A stretch of 64,000 nt of DNA, from NCBI GenBank assembly GCA_030037955.1, contig JASHPT010000012.1, forward strand, positions 2,429 through 66,428, read 5' to 3'. The position numbers were made by a program, and so were the translations under genes. The stretch comes from Thermoplasmata archaeon. Its GTDB lineage: Archaea; Thermoplasmatota; Thermoplasmata; Lutacidiplasmatales; UBA184. Positions 34,042-44,123 of this stretch are shown here, in pieces. Numbering within the stretch: the first letter of the stretch is position 1; each line of letters begins with the position of its first letter. The notes beneath the pieces were generated by a model. That model was given only the letters and a program-made list of their open reading frames with translations. It ran no database searches and was not told where the DNA came from.

Positions 34042-35564
34042 AACGGCGTCGACGCTCGAACGGCCGCTACGAGGGAGCCGTCGGCAATCCCCGAGGCGAC
34101 CCGGTCGATATCGGGGGCCGGTGAGCGGTCCTCTGCCCACGGCTGGACGTGCGCGCGCAGCACCCGCAGCGCCGTTTCGGTCCCCGTGCCTCCGTGCCGC
34201 GGATGTCGGAGCTCGAGGGCCTGTGCGGCGACGATCCACTCGACGGCGAGGATCCGTTGCACGTTGGTGACGACGGCACGCAGCTTCCGACCGGCCCAGG
34301 CCCCCATGCTGACGAAATCCTCCTGGTCGGCCGACGTCGGGAGACTGCTCGCGCTCGCCGGATGCACGAGCGTCTGGTTCTCGTTCACCAGGGCCGCTGC
34401 GAGGTACTGCGGGATCATGAAGCCGGAGGAACGGCCCGCGGTCGGCGCGAGGAATGCCGGGAGCCCGCGGTTCAGCGCCGGGTTCACGAGGCGTGCGATG
34501 CGGCGCTCCGAGAATGCTCCGAGGGTGTGGACCGCCATCGCGAGCGCGTCGAGGGCGAGCGCCAGCGTCTCTCCGTGGAAGTTGCCGCCGCTCACGAACT
34601 GGTCCTGGTCGAAGACGACCGGGTTGTCGGAGACGGCGTTGAGCTCCGGCGTCAGCACCCGTTCTGCATACTCGAGGCCCTGACGGCTCGCGGCCAGCAC
34701 CTGCGGGACGCACCGGAGCGTGTACGGGTCCTGTCCGTGCCATTCCGCGGTGGACATCGCGAGCTCGCTGCCGTGGAGCAGCGTTCGGAGAGCATCGGCC
34801 ACGGCCCGCTGCTCGGGCAGGTTCCGCAATGCCCCCAGCCGATCGTCGAGGCTGCTCGGGTCCCCGAGCAGTGCATCGAACGAGGTGGCCGCAGCCACCT
34901 CGGCGGCCGCCAGGAGCTCGGCTCCGTCCGCCACCGACAGGGCGAGATAGCTCGTCATGAGCGAAGTGCCGTTGACCAGCGCCACGCCCTCCTTCTCCTG
35001 GAGGTCGAGCGGGGCGAGGCCGAGCTGCTGAAGGACGGCCCGGGTCGGCACCCGCTGGCCGTCGGGCGTGAGGATCTCCCCCTCGCCGAACAGCGTCAGG
35101 GACAGATGGGCCAGCGGCGCGAGATCGCCGGACGCACCGACCGACCCTTGTTCGGGGACGTAGGGCACCAGGCCGCGATTGAGGTACTCGAGCAGCCGTT
35201 CCACGAGCACCGGACGGACTCCGGAGTGTCCCCGGCTCAGGGCGTTGGCCCGGAGCAACAGCATCCCGCGAACGACCTCCGGCGGCAGCGGCAGGCCGGT
35301 GCCGCTGGCGTGGCTCCGGAGCAGCGAGAGCTGGAGCTGACGCGCCTCCTGGGCCGGAATCACCTGGTTCGATAGGCTGCCGAATCCCGTCGTGACCCCG
35401 TAGACCGGCCGCCCGGCGGCGACCGCGCGTTCGACGGCGGCGCGACTGGCCGCGAGGGCGGGCCGTGCCTCCGGGGACAGGTTCACGGCCCGGCCGCCCC
35501 GGACGACCGCGATGAACTGACCGAGCGTCAGGGCGCGTCCGTCGACCGGGACGGGCTCGGTCAT
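34038..35564 (-). CDS. hutH: histidine ammonia-lyase
   Basis: MIO-forming ASG triad in GSVGASGDLAPLAH. Full-length PAL/HAL fold (508 aa). Confidence 0.9.
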   Translation of the reverse strand: MTEPVPVDGRALTLGQFIAVVRGGRAVNLSPEARPALAASRAAVERAVAAGRPVYGVTTGFGSLSNQVIPAQEARQLQLSLLRSHASGTGLPLPPEVVRGMLLLRANALSRGHSGVRPVLVERLLEYLNRGLVPYVPEQGSVGASGDLAPLAHLSLTLFGEGEILTPDGQRVPTRAVLQQLGLAPLDLQEKEGVALVNGTSLMTSYLALSVADGAELLAAAEVAAATSFDALLGDPSSLDDRLGALRNLPEQRAVADALRTLLHGSELAMSTAEWHGQDPYTLRCVPQVLAASRQGLEYAERVLTPELNAVSDNPVVFDQDQFVSGGNFHGETLALALDALAMAVHTLGAFSERRIARLVNPALNRGLPAFLAPTAGRSSGFMIPQYLAAALVNENQTLVHPASASSLPTSADQEDFVSMGAWAGRKLRAVVTNVQRILAVEWIVAAQALELRHPRHGGTGTETALRVLRAHVQPWAEDRSPAPDIDRVASGIADGSLVAAVRASTPF

Positions 35565-35648
35565 GGGTGGCCGGGTGGGAGAGCGGGAAGGGAAAAAGGA
35601 GACCCCCGGGGAGTTCCGGCCCCCGGGGGTACGGGTCGAGCGACCGCG

Positions 35649-36176
35649 CTAGGCCGGATAGACGATCTCGCCGCCGGACTTCTGCATGGACGGGGCGCGT
35701 CGCGTCTGGGCGCCCTTGGTCTTCCAGAACAGCTCGGCGAACTCCTGCACCTGCTTGACCAGCTCCTGGGCATCGGCCAGCGCGATGCCCTGCCGAGCCT
35801 TGGACGCCTGCTTCATGATCTTCCAGACCATCTCGTGAGCCTGCGGGTACTGCTTCGCGTGGTCGGGGGTGAAGTAGTCGCCCCAGATCACCCGAACCTC
35901 CTGCTTCACCTTCTCGGAGTGCTGCTCCTTGACGGCCGTGTATCGGGCGAGCTTCGAGGCATACGCCGCCCGGTCCTCCGGCTTTGCGTCCATGGCCGGC
36001 ATCGGGAGCTCGCCGATGAGCTGGTCCATGCGCAGGACGGTCAGCGCGGCGATCTGCGCCTCGTGCGGGTCATAAATACCGCACGGAATGTCGCAGTGCG
36101 CGTAGACCGTGCGCGGGGCGACCAGAGCGTCTACGAGTCGGTGTCCGAGTTCCGTGGACCAGATGCGGCCGGGCAT
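35649..36176 (-). CDS. sodN: nickel-containing superoxide dismutase precursor (Ni-SOD, SodN) with N-terminal propeptide
   Basis: Propeptide MPGRIWSTELGHRLVDALVAPRTVYA precedes the Ni-hook HCDIPCGIYDP. WGDYFTPDHAKQYPQ and the C-terminal ...FAELFWKTKGA match Streptomyces SodN closely. The start was found by codon count and the 'cat' was confirmed at 36174-36176. Confidence 0.85.
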   Translation of the reverse strand: MPGRIWSTELGHRLVDALVAPRTVYAHCDIPCGIYDPHEAQIAALTVLRMDQLIGELPMPAMDAKPEDRAAYASKLARYTAVKEQHSEKVKQEVRVIWGDYFTPDHAKQYPQAHEMVWKIMKQASKARQGIALADAQELVKQVQEFAELFWKTKGAQTRRAPSMQKSGGEIVYPA

Positions 36177-36206
36177 GGCCCCGCGAGCCCGGAGAGTCGG
36201 ATAAGG

Positions 36207-36689
36207 ATGCCGGACGCGACTCCGGTATCCGTCCCGGACCCGCGTCCGGAACCTCGATGGCCGTTTCGCCGGATCCGGCACGTCCTCGTGGCCGACGAGA
36301 GCATGAGGCCAGCGCTCCGTCCGGGCGACCGGCTGCTTGTGGACCGGACCGCGTACCGCGAGGGACCCCCGCGGCTCGGTGACATCGTAGTTCTCGCGGA
36401 CCCGGCGCAGCCGGGCCGATGGCTCATCAAGCGCGTCGCTGCGGTCGGCCCTGGCCGGTTCTGGAAAACGCCCATCGGTCCCTTGCCGGCCGCGGGGCCG
36501 GACGTGGAGGAGACGCCCCCGCCCGGGCCGGCCGTCGAATCGGTCACCCTCGCTCCGTCCTCCGTGTACGTGCTCGGCGATGGCCCGGGATCCCGGGACA
36601 GCCGCGAGTTCGGCCCCGTCCCGCTGGCTGCTCTCGCGGGCCGGGCCTACCGATGCTATGCCCCACCCGACCGGCGCCGCGCATTGTAG
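36207..36689 (+). CDS. sodX: Ni-SOD maturation protease SodX (S26 signal-peptidase-like)
   Basis: 160 aa with catalytic Ser and Lys candidates in VADESMRPALRPGDRLLVD and RWLIKRVAAVGP, and GDGPGSRDSREFGPVP. Divergent from sodN with a 30-nt spacer. ggag lies 13 nt upstream of the ATG. Confidence 0.75.
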   Translation: MPDATPVSVPDPRPEPRWPFRRIRHVLVADESMRPALRPGDRLLVDRTAYREGPPRLGDIVVLADPAQPGRWLIKRVAAVGPGRFWKTPIGPLPAAGPDVEETPPPGPAVESVTLAPSSVYVLGDGPGSRDSREFGPVPLAALAGRAYRCYAPPDRRRAL

Positions 36690-36721
36690 AGTTATACTCC
36701 AAGGCCGCAAGCCTTTAACCG

Positions 36722-37891
36722 ATGTGGAATTTCGCCACATCGATGTCCGGTTCGTCCTCGCCGTCTGCGTCGCCACCGACCGCCCCGCCGGCCACCGCCT
36801 CCCGATCCGTGGTCGTGATCGTCGTGATCCTGGTCGCCCTGGGCGGCGTCGGCCTGGGGTTCGTCGCCGGCTACGAGTACCGGGGATCCCCGGCGGCTGC
36901 ACCGAGCGTGGTAGCGAACGATACCCTCTCCATCCTGGGCGCCGGCACCCTCATCAACATCTTCCCCAGCCTAGCGTCTGCGCTGGTGAACTACACCCCG
37001 AACATCTCCGCGCCGTCCGCCGCGCAGACGTACGAGGGCTCGCTCGACATCACGACCGCGATCACGACCCTGGCCTCGAAGGCCGATGTCGCCGCGGTCG
37101 CGGACTTCCGCCTCATCCCCTCGCTGCTCCAGCCCAAGTTCGCGAGCTACGAGGTCGTCTTTGGGACCACCGCCGAGGTGCTCTGTTACAACCCGTCCCT
37201 CAGCGTCTTCGACGGCATCAACTCGACCAACTGGGCGTGGAAACTCGTCCAGGACGTGAAGACTCCCGGCAATGCACCGTTCGCGATCTGGAACGCCTCG
37301 TCCGACCCGAACGGCTACAACGAGATCTTCAGCCTCATGCTCCAGGGCCTGCTCTACAACGACAGCGCCTCGATCTTCTACAACACGTTCTACTCCGGCG
37401 GGTCGTCGAGCCCGGCGGTCGGGAACTCGTCCACGACCGTGCTCGAGCACGAGTCGCACGCCACCAGCCTGCTGGCGGACGGCACGGCCTCCGCCCTGAT
37501 CACCTACCGGGCCTTCGCTGTCACGGACGCCGGCTGTCCCGCGTACGTCGAGATGAATCCGATCGTCGGCCTGGAGGCGAACAACTCCACCGCGCTCGCG
37601 GAGTACGCGAAGCTCTCCACGACGCTGTACTCGTCCTCGGGGGGGTACGCGACGGCAGTGCCCGCCCCCATCCTGTTCTCCGTGACAGTGCCGTCGAACG
37701 CGCCGAACCCGGCCCTCGGCGCCGCCTTCATCCATCTCCTGCTCTCTCCCCTGGGAGCGAAGATCCTCTCGGCCAACGGAGCCTTCGACGTCATCTTCCC
37801 CGGCTGGTCGAATGACCCCTCGGCGGTGCCGTCGGTTTTAGCCCCCGACGTGGTGGCCCTGCCATCGTGGGCGAGTCCGTTCCTGAGCTGA
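36722..37891 (+). CDS. ABC transporter substrate-binding protein, WtpA/ModA-like (tungstate/molybdate), N-terminally membrane-anchored
   Basis: Ser/Pro-rich N-terminus plus TM helix, then a periplasmic-binding fold (SILGAGTLINIFPSLASAL...). In an operon with a ModB-like permease, a ModC-like ATPase and a ModE-like regulator. Confidence 0.65.
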   Translation: MWNFATSMSGSSSPSASPPTAPPATASRSVVVIVVILVALGGVGLGFVAGYEYRGSPAAAPSVVANDTLSILGAGTLINIFPSLASALVNYTPNISAPSAAQTYEGSLDITTAITTLASKADVAAVADFRLIPSLLQPKFASYEVVFGTTAEVLCYNPSLSVFDGINSTNWAWKLVQDVKTPGNAPFAIWNASSDPNGYNEIFSLMLQGLLYNDSASIFYNTFYSGGSSSPAVGNSSTTVLEHESHATSLLADGTASALITYRAFAVTDAGCPAYVEMNPIVGLEANNSTALAEYAKLSTTLYSSSGGYATAVPAPILFSVTVPSNAPNPALGAAFIHLLLSPLGAKILSANGAFDVIFPGWSNDPSAVPSVLAPDVVALPSWASPFLS

Positions 37892-38772
37892 ACCCCGCGG
37901 GGGAGAGCGGGCCGCCGGTCGCCCGCCGGCGCTGGCGGGCCGGCGGGCTCTGGACCGGACTTCAGGTCGTTCTCTCGGCGTCGCTGCTGCTGCTCTTCCT
38001 ACTCCCGATCGTCGCGCTCTTCACCTACGCCCCGGTCTCGCACATCTTCGGGGCCGCGTCGAACGTCAATGTCCGAGCGGCGCTCTGGCTCACCTTCCTC
38101 GCCTCGGGCGTGGCCGTCCTCGCCGCGATCGTCTTCGGGATCCCCCTCGGCTATCTCCTGGCCCGACGGGCCTTCCCGGGCCGCGGCGTCGTCGAGGCGT
38201 TCGTCGCGCTTCCGGTCGTGATCCCCCATCTCCTCGTCGGCCTCGGCCTGTTCCTGCTCTTCATCCCGGGAACGCCGCTGTTCCGGTTCAGCCAGTCGAT
38301 CGGCTTCCCCGTCTACGACACGATCTGGGGCGTGGTGCTGGTGATGGTCTTCGTGAGCGCCCCCTACACGGTGCTCGCCAGCATGCTCTCCTTCCGCGCG
38401 GTCGATGGCCGGGTGCTGGAAGCCGCCCGGTCCCTCGGCGCGGGCAGCGCCGTCGCTTTTCTGACCGTCACCTTCCCGCTGGCGCTTCGGGGGATCGTGG
38501 CCGGGCTCCTGCTCTCGTGGGCGCGGGCCGTGAGCGAGATCGGCGGTCTGCTCGTCATCGCGTACGCGGTCTACCCGGGGGGCCTCTACACGGGCCCGGT
38601 CACGTCCACGATCTCGATCTACATCTACGACGAGTTCCAGGGCGGGAACCTGAGCGGCGCGGCCGCGGTGAGCTCGCTCTTTCTCTTGATGGCCTTCGCG
38701 CTGTTCCTGCTCGTCCGGGTGGGAGAGCGATCCGGCTGGCTGCCGTGGCACCGGGGGGAGCTCGCGCCATGA
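37867..38772 (+). CDS. ABC transporter permease (ModB/WtpB-like)
   Basis: 6-TM MetI-like permease. EAA-like loop LEAARSLGAGSAVAFLTVTFPLALRGIVAG. Stop overlaps the next start as ATGA. Confidence 0.8.
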   Translation: MGESVPELNPAGESGPPVARRRWRAGGLWTGLQVVLSASLLLLFLLPIVALFTYAPVSHIFGAASNVNVRAALWLTFLASGVAVLAAIVFGIPLGYLLARRAFPGRGVVEAFVALPVVIPHLLVGLGLFLLFIPGTPLFRFSQSIGFPVYDTIWGVVLVMVFVSAPYTVLASMLSFRAVDGRVLEAARSLGAGSAVAFLTVTFPLALRGIVAGLLLSWARAVSEIGGLLVIAYAVYPGGLYTGPVTSTISIYIYDEFQGGNLSGAAAVSSLFLLMAFALFLLVRVGERSGWLPWHRGELAP

Positions 38773-39809
38773 CGCGGTGGGTCGTCGAGCGGATGGAGAC
38801 GGCGCTCGACCGGTTCCAGCTCGGGCCGGTGAGCCTGGACCTGTCGCCCGGCTCCGCCGTCGCCGTGCTCGGTCCCTCGGGAGCCGGCAAGACGACGCTG
38901 CTTCGAACGCTCGCGGGCTTCCTCCATCCCCGGCAGGGTCGGATCCTGCGGGATGGCGTCGACATCTCCCGCTGGCTACCGGAGGAACGTGGGCTCGGCT
39001 ACGTCCCCCAGGGGCTCGGCCTCTTCCCGCAGCGGACCGTCGCCCGAAACATCCGGTATCCGTTGGAGATCCGCAACGCGTCCGATGCCGAGTCCCGGAC
39101 GCGGGAGCTCCTGGAGCGGTTCCACCTGAGTGCGCTCGCGGACCGGTACCCCTCGCGGCTGAGCGGAGGGGAGCAACAGCGGGTCGCGATCGCCCGGGCG
39201 CTGGCCGCCGGCCCGAGTCTCGTCGTCTGGGACGAGCCCTGGCAGGGCCTTGACGTGGTCGCACGCTACGAGCTCGGCCAGGTGCTGCACGACCTCCGGG
39301 AAACGGACCGGATCCCGATGGTCGTCGTGACGCACGACCCGTCCCTCGCCTTCTCGGTCGCGGACTCCTTCCTCGTGCTCCACGAGGGCCGCGTGCGGGA
39401 CCAGTGCGACGCCACGGCCCTCCTTCGCGCTCCCTCGGACGCGTTCGCGGCCCGCTTCGTGGGGTTCGAGAACGTCTACGACGCGGACGCCCTCCGAGGC
39501 GGCGCACCGGGGTCGTTCCGAACCTGGCTGCGACAGTGGGCGGGGCCGGAGGGTATCGCCTTCGCGAGCCCGGACCCGTCGGCCGTCGCCCCCGGCGGTC
39601 CCCTGTGGGACACGGTCGTCCGCAGCGCGCGCCCGGGCCCGACCGGGGTGACGATCGAGAGTCGGTGCGACGAGCTCTTGGTCACGCTGCGGGTCGCGCC
39701 GCCCGTGACCCCCCCGCTGCCCGCTCCGGGCACCCGACTCCGGTTCTCCCTTCGGCCGGAGTCTCTGCTCGCCCTGGGACCCGGGGCGTCCCGGGGCGTC
39801 GCGATATGA
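38769..39809 (+). CDS. ABC transporter ATP-binding protein (ModC/WtpC-like) with C-terminal TOBE-like domain
   Basis: Walker A GPSGAGKTTLL, signature LSGGEQQRVAIARAL, Walker B LVVWDEP, H-loop VTHD. The true start is ATG at 38769. The ORF-track 38517 start is upstream read-through. Confidence 0.85.
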   Translation: MTRWVVERMETALDRFQLGPVSLDLSPGSAVAVLGPSGAGKTTLLRTLAGFLHPRQGRILRDGVDISRWLPEERGLGYVPQGLGLFPQRTVARNIRYPLEIRNASDAESRTRELLERFHLSALADRYPSRLSGGEQQRVAIARALAAGPSLVVWDEPWQGLDVVARYELGQVLHDLRETDRIPMVVVTHDPSLAFSVADSFLVLHEGRVRDQCDATALLRAPSDAFAARFVGFENVYDADALRGGAPGSFRTWLRQWAGPEGIAFASPDPSAVAPGGPLWDTVVRSARPGPTGVTIESRCDELLVTLRVAPPVTPPLPAPGTRLRFSLRPESLLALGPGASRGVAI

Positions 39810-40495
39810 CGCCCCGACACCGGATCGTCACCGACACGGACGTCGCGCTCCTGCAGAGCCTGGCCCACGAGCGGTCCGTGGTCGCCGCCAGCCGGAGGAT
39901 CGGCATCTCCCGGGACCGGGCCGTCTACCGGCTGTCCCGTCTCGGCCAGGCGTTCGGCGGACCGGTCGTCACCGGGGTACGGGGCGGCCGCTCGTTCGGC
40001 GGGAGCCGGCTCACGCCGCTCGGCGACCGGATCGTGCGGGAAGGGTTCGATTCGGTGGAGCTGCTCAAGGCGCGGCCGCTCGCCAACCCCTCCCGGTCGA
40101 ACCTGCTCCATGGCGTCTTCCACCCGGAGCCCTCGCCCACCGTCGTCGTCGGGCCGGGCCTCAAGCTCCGCGTCTCGTTCGTGGCCGAGGAGGCGGAGCC
40201 GGTCTCCCTGCTCCTCGACCCCGAATCGATCCTGGTCGCCCGGGGCCGATTCGCGTCGAGCGCCCGCAACGTGCTCGCCGCGGTCGTCGACGAGATCCGG
40301 CCGGGACCGGGCGCCCACGGCCGGACGGTCCTGGCCCGCGTGGGCCGCGTGTCCCTCCGGGCGTCCGTGACCGAGGAGACGGTCGCCCAGATGCGTCTCG
40401 CGCGCGGCGCGCGGGTCTTCCTGTACGTGAAGGCCACGGCCCTGCGGCGGGTCGGTCTGCCCCGGAAGGCTACTCGCGGATCCCCTCGCCGGTGA
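39806..40495 (+). CDS. ModE-like molybdate-responsive transcriptional regulator (N-terminal HTH + TOBE domains)
   Basis: [46 protein letters not shown] resembles the ModE N-terminal domain. ATGA overlap with the ATPase stop. Confidence 0.65.
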   Translation: MTPRHRIVTDTDVALLQSLAHERSVVAASRRIGISRDRAVYRLSRLGQAFGGPVVTGVRGGRSFGGSRLTPLGDRIVREGFDSVELLKARPLANPSRSNLLHGVFHPEPSPTVVVGPGLKLRVSFVAEEAEPVSLLLDPESILVARGRFASSARNVLAAVVDEIRPGPGAHGRTVLARVGRVSLRASVTEETVAQMRLARGARVFLYVKATALRRVGLPRKATRGSPRR

Positions 40496-41471
40496 GCGAG
40501 AAGACGGCCTCCCCTTCGGGCAGGTTGGGAGAATCGATCAGCCGGGCGATCCGCTTGGGCGGCTTCGACTTCCGCAGGTAGACGCGGTACGTCGCGGCGT
40601 GGGCGACGATGTTGCCTCCGATCGGCCGGGTGGGGTCGCCGAAGAGGACGTCCGGACGCGCCGACACCTGGTTCGTCACGACGATGGCGGCGTTGTACGT
40701 CGTGCCGAACCGGAGCAGCTCGTGCAGGTGCCGGTTGAGGAGCTGCTGACGGGGCGCGAGCTCCCCCCGGCCGACGTACTCGCTCCGGAAGTGGGCGGTG
40801 AGCGAGTCGACCACGATCAGGCGGATCGGCCGCTCCCGGGCGAGCTCCTGCGCCTTCGCGACCAGGAGCATCTGGTGATTCGAATTGAACGCCCGGGCGA
40901 TGTGGATCTTCCCCAGGACCTCCTGCGGGTCGAGGCCCACGCCCTTGGCCATGTCGACGATCCGCTCGGGTCGGAACGTCGATTCGGTATCGATGTAGAC
41001 GGTCTCGGAGGCGAGGCCGCCCTGGTCGACCGGGAGCTGAAGGTTGACGGCGATCTGATGCGCGAGCTGGGTCTTGCCGGTCCCGAACTCGCCCGAGAAC
41101 TCGGTGATCGCCTGCGTCTCGACGCCGCCGCCCAGGAGGTCGTCGAGGGACTTGGCTCCCGTCGTGACGCGACCGAGCTTCTGACGACGCTCGAGGAGCG
41201 TGACGCCGCTCTCGAAGCCGCCGACGTCGGCCTGCCGCCGGGCCTCGGCGATGATCTTCTGCGCCGTGGCGGTGCCGATCTCGGCCGCCTCCGCGACATC
41301 GCCGGGAGAGGCCACGGCGAGCTCCATGAGGTCGGTGTATCCCGCCTCCCGGAGCTTGTCGGCAATCGCTCCCCCGACCCCGGACAGGTCCTCGAGCGCG
41401 ACGGCGGGACGCGCGTCGGCGCTCTCCTCCTCCCCGGACTCGGTGGTACGGGGCCTCGCCTTGGCGGACAC
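40470..41471 (-). CDS. radA: DNA repair and recombination protein RadA
   Basis: HhH N-terminal domain [20 protein letters not shown], Walker [11 protein letters not shown] and the RecA core. The likely GTG start gives 333 aa. The 491-aa ORF on the track over-extends upstream. Confidence 0.85.
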   Translation of the reverse strand: MSAKARPRTTESGEEESADARPAVALEDLSGVGGAIADKLREAGYTDLMELAVASPGDVAEAAEIGTATAQKIIAEARRQADVGGFESGVTLLERRQKLGRVTTGAKSLDDLLGGGVETQAITEFSGEFGTGKTQLAHQIAVNLQLPVDQGGLASETVYIDTESTFRPERIVDMAKGVGLDPQEVLGKIHIARAFNSNHQMLLVAKAQELARERPIRLIVVDSLTAHFRSEYVGRGELAPRQQLLNRHLHELLRFGTTYNAAIVVTNQVSARPDVLFGDPTRPIGGNIVAHAATYRVYLRKSKPPKRIARLIDSPNLPEGEAVFSLTGEGIRE

Positions 41472-41572
41472 GCCCTCGGCATCGGGGCGCGTGGGATAAC
41501 GCCTGTGGAGAGGGGATGAAACGGGTGGAAGGTGTCCGGGCCGGACCGGAGGGTGCCCGACGTCGTACCGGT

Positions 41573-42535
41573 CTACATCGGGGTGAACGGGACGCCGGTC
41601 AGGCGCTGGAAGACGGTCGTGTAGAGGCGGCTGACCTCGTCGACCAGGAGCGGGGGCAGGGGCGGGATGGGCGGCTCTTCCCGGTGGCCGTTCCGGGCCG
41701 CCGTCAACTGGTCGTAGTAGCCGGTCGTGCGATAGTGCTGACGGACAAACTCCTTCGAGAAGTCGACGGTCCGGCCCCGCTCGTAGGCGTCCTTGTCCCA
41801 GAACCGGTCCTCGTCGGCGGTGCCAAACGTGTCGACGACCATCAACCGGCCGTCGGAGTCGATCCCGAACTCCTTCTTGCCGTCGACATGGAGCAGTCCC
41901 CGGGGCTCGATCTCGGAGGCGAGTCCCCGGTCGATCTTGAGGCACATCTCCCGGATCTCGTCGAGCTGCTTGCGGTCGATGGCGGCGAGCTCGAGCGCCT
42001 CCGGGATCCCGAGCGGGCGGTCGACCGGCTCGAGCTTGGTCGTGAGCTCGAAGAACGGCTCGGGAAGCTGCGCCCCGTACTCGACGGTCTTCGACTTGGG
42101 ATATCCCAGGGCCTCGGGCCGGACGCTGCCGGCCTTGATCCGGTCCCAGATCGAGCCGGCGATGTAGTAGCGGACGATCACCTCGAGGGGCACGAGGTAG
42201 TTCTTGGGCCGGGGACCGAGGGTCCGCGGTTTCGGCACCACCTGGACCCGACGCACGCGCATCGAGGTCGGCGACGAGAGGCGCAGGAAGTGATGCGGCA
42301 CCTTCTGCCGGGTGCAGAGCTCGAACCAGAACGCCGCGGTCCGGGCGAGGGTCTCGCCCTTGTGCGGGATCTCGCTCGGGATGTGCTTGTCGAAGACCGA
42401 GATGTCGTTCGTGAAGCGGAACTCGAGCTCGGTCGGGGAGACCTCGTAGATCTCCTTGACCTTTCCCCGACGCAGGTAGCGGGGTTCGGCGGTCGGGGCC
42501 GGGGATGCGGGCTCACTCCGGGATGCGCGCGGCAT
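41573..42535 (-). CDS. purC: phosphoribosylaminoimidazole-succinocarboxamide synthase (SAICAR synthetase)
   Basis: [10 protein letters not shown]..., [11 protein letters not shown] and other SAICAR synthetase motifs. 320 aa, of the long archaeal/eukaryotic-like type. Confidence 0.85.
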   Translation of the reverse strand: MPRASRSEPASPAPTAEPRYLRRGKVKEIYEVSPTELEFRFTNDISVFDKHIPSEIPHKGETLARTAAFWFELCTRQKVPHHFLRLSSPTSMRVRRVQVVPKPRTLGPRPKNYLVPLEVIVRYYIAGSIWDRIKAGSVRPEALGYPKSKTVEYGAQLPEPFFELTTKLEPVDRPLGIPEALELAAIDRKQLDEIREMCLKIDRGLASEIEPRGLLHVDGKKEFGIDSDGRLMVVDTFGTADEDRFWDKDAYERGRTVDFSKEFVRQHYRTTGYYDQLTAARNGHREEPPIPPLPPLLVDEVSRLYTTVFQRLTGVPFTPM

Positions 42536-42599
42536 GACACCGCGTTCGACCCGGCCCTCCTACATAGGCTTCGCGGGCCGACGGGTCCGGCGGCCGGCG

Positions 42600-44045
42600 C
42601 TAGGGAGCGGACGGGGGGCTCGGCGGCCGCCCGGTCTGGGGCGGCGGCGGGTTGTCGATCGCAGGCGCCAGCCGGAACGCCCGGCCCTGTCGCGCCGCGG
42701 GCATCCGCTCCGCCAGCTCGGCTCGGCTCTCCGGCGTGCTCCGCCAGGCCCAGAGGGCGCCCAGCGGCGAGACCAGCGTCGTGAGCAGTCCGACCAGAAC
42801 CACGATCGTGAACAGGCGCACCGAGAGGACCTTGTCCGCGAGGAGCAGCACGGCGATCGCGAGCTCCACCGCGCCCCGGCTCGTGAGCAGGAAACCCCCG
42901 GCGACGGAGTCCGGTCCCGAGAACTTGAGTACGCCCCGCAGGAAGATCGCGCCGGTCCCGAGCTTGGAGACGAGGGCCATGACCAGCAGGACGCCGACCA
43001 CGCCGAGGACCGCGACCCCCCCGAGCTCGGCGAGGTCCATCTCGACCCCGACCAGCGCGAAGAAGATCGGGATGAAGAACATCCAGGTCATCGTCGTGAA
43101 GATCGACACGAAGGAGGCATACGGGCCCGTCTCGGGCACGGGCTGGCTGATGAGCCGGCCCGTGGGGTCGAAGGTCGAGACGAAGGTCCGGGACTCCCGG
43201 GCCGGTCCTCCCATGGCCTGCGCCACCAGCAGTCCCGCGTAGAACGCTCCCACCAGGTACGTGAGGCCCAGGACCTGCGAGTAGAGCGCCGCCCCGAGCG
43301 CCATCGCCATGAGGATGGCGAAGCCGGCCTCCCGCGAGCGCCAGAGGTTTCCCATCCGGTTCGGCGTCCGACGCCACCAGCCGCTGGCCCGGATGAGGGT
43401 CACGATGCGGCTGGTCGCGAGGATCACGCCGAGGAACAGGCCGAGCTCGACGAGCGCGATCACGATCGCCGCGAGGTCGGAGTGGTTGGCGTTCCGAAGC
43501 TGGAGCAGGATCGCGAAGACCGTGACCGCGGTGAGTTCGTTGACGAGCGCGGCGCTCATCACGAGGTTGCCCAGCCGCCGGCCGGTGAGCCCGAACTCGG
43601 AGACCATGATCCCCATCACGGGGAGCGCGGTGATCGAGAGCGTCAGCGCAACGAAGAGGTCGGTCGTCGCGGCGAGTCCGGGCTCCAGCCAGGCGATCAC
43701 CCCGGCGCCGACGCCGAAGGGGATGGCGAAGATCGTCACCCCGAGGATGGCGGTGGTCGCCTTCATCCGGGTGAATTCGTCGGGGTTGACGTGCAGCCCG
43801 GCCATGAAGAGAATGAAGAACGTGGCCAGGAACTGGATCCCCGTGAGCTCGGCCGGCAGCGTCGAGGTGCTCAGGCCGATGTACGGGCCCAGGAGGGTGG
43901 GTCCCAGGACGATCCCCACGAGCAGCTGGCCGACCAGGGGCACGAGGCCGACCCGGCTCGCGACCTCGCCGGCCGCGATCGCCGCGAGCAAGAGGAGAAA
44001 CAGCTGGACGAGAAAGTCGTCCGCCGGCGGCACGAGGTTGATCAT
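42600..44045 (-). CDS. cation:proton antiporter (CPA1/CPA2 Na+/H+ exchanger family)
   Basis: 12-13 TM helices. Begins MINLVPPADDFLVQLFLLLLAAIAAGEVASRVGLVPLVGQLLVGIVLGP, typical of Kef/NhaP-type exchangers. Confidence 0.8.
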   Translation of the reverse strand: MINLVPPADDFLVQLFLLLLAAIAAGEVASRVGLVPLVGQLLVGIVLGPTLLGPYIGLSTSTLPAELTGIQFLATFFILFMAGLHVNPDEFTRMKATTAILGVTIFAIPFGVGAGVIAWLEPGLAATTDLFVALTLSITALPVMGIMVSEFGLTGRRLGNLVMSAALVNELTAVTVFAILLQLRNANHSDLAAIVIALVELGLFLGVILATSRIVTLIRASGWWRRTPNRMGNLWRSREAGFAILMAMALGAALYSQVLGLTYLVGAFYAGLLVAQAMGGPARESRTFVSTFDPTGRLISQPVPETGPYASFVSIFTTMTWMFFIPIFFALVGVEMDLAELGGVAVLGVVGVLLVMALVSKLGTGAIFLRGVLKFSGPDSVAGGFLLTSRGAVELAIAVLLLADKVLSVRLFTIVVLVGLLTTLVSPLGALWAWRSTPESRAELAERMPAARQGRAFRLAPAIDNPPPPQTGRPPSPPSAP

Positions 44046-44123
44046 CGAGTCCCGGGGGCGACCCGACGGTGGAGCCTTAAACCCACCGTCGGAGCGCCGA
44101 CCGATCCGCGAACTCCGGACGCC

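Noticed and set aside
35575-35645. GC hairpin CCCCCGGGG...CCCCGGGGG between hutH start and sodN end
   Set aside because: Could be a terminator for sodN but lacks an oligo-T tract. The CCCCGGGG palindromes are common in this GC-rich genome. Not pursued.
44058-44092. Perfect 10-bp inverted repeat CCGACGGTGG-n10-CCACCGTCGG as a Rho-independent terminator for the GNAT/malic-enzyme operon
   Set aside because: No T-tract on either side. Its loop contains the CCTTAAAC promoter-like box 30 nt upstream of the antiporter start, so a regulatory palindrome is more plausible (folded into the CTTAAG finding).
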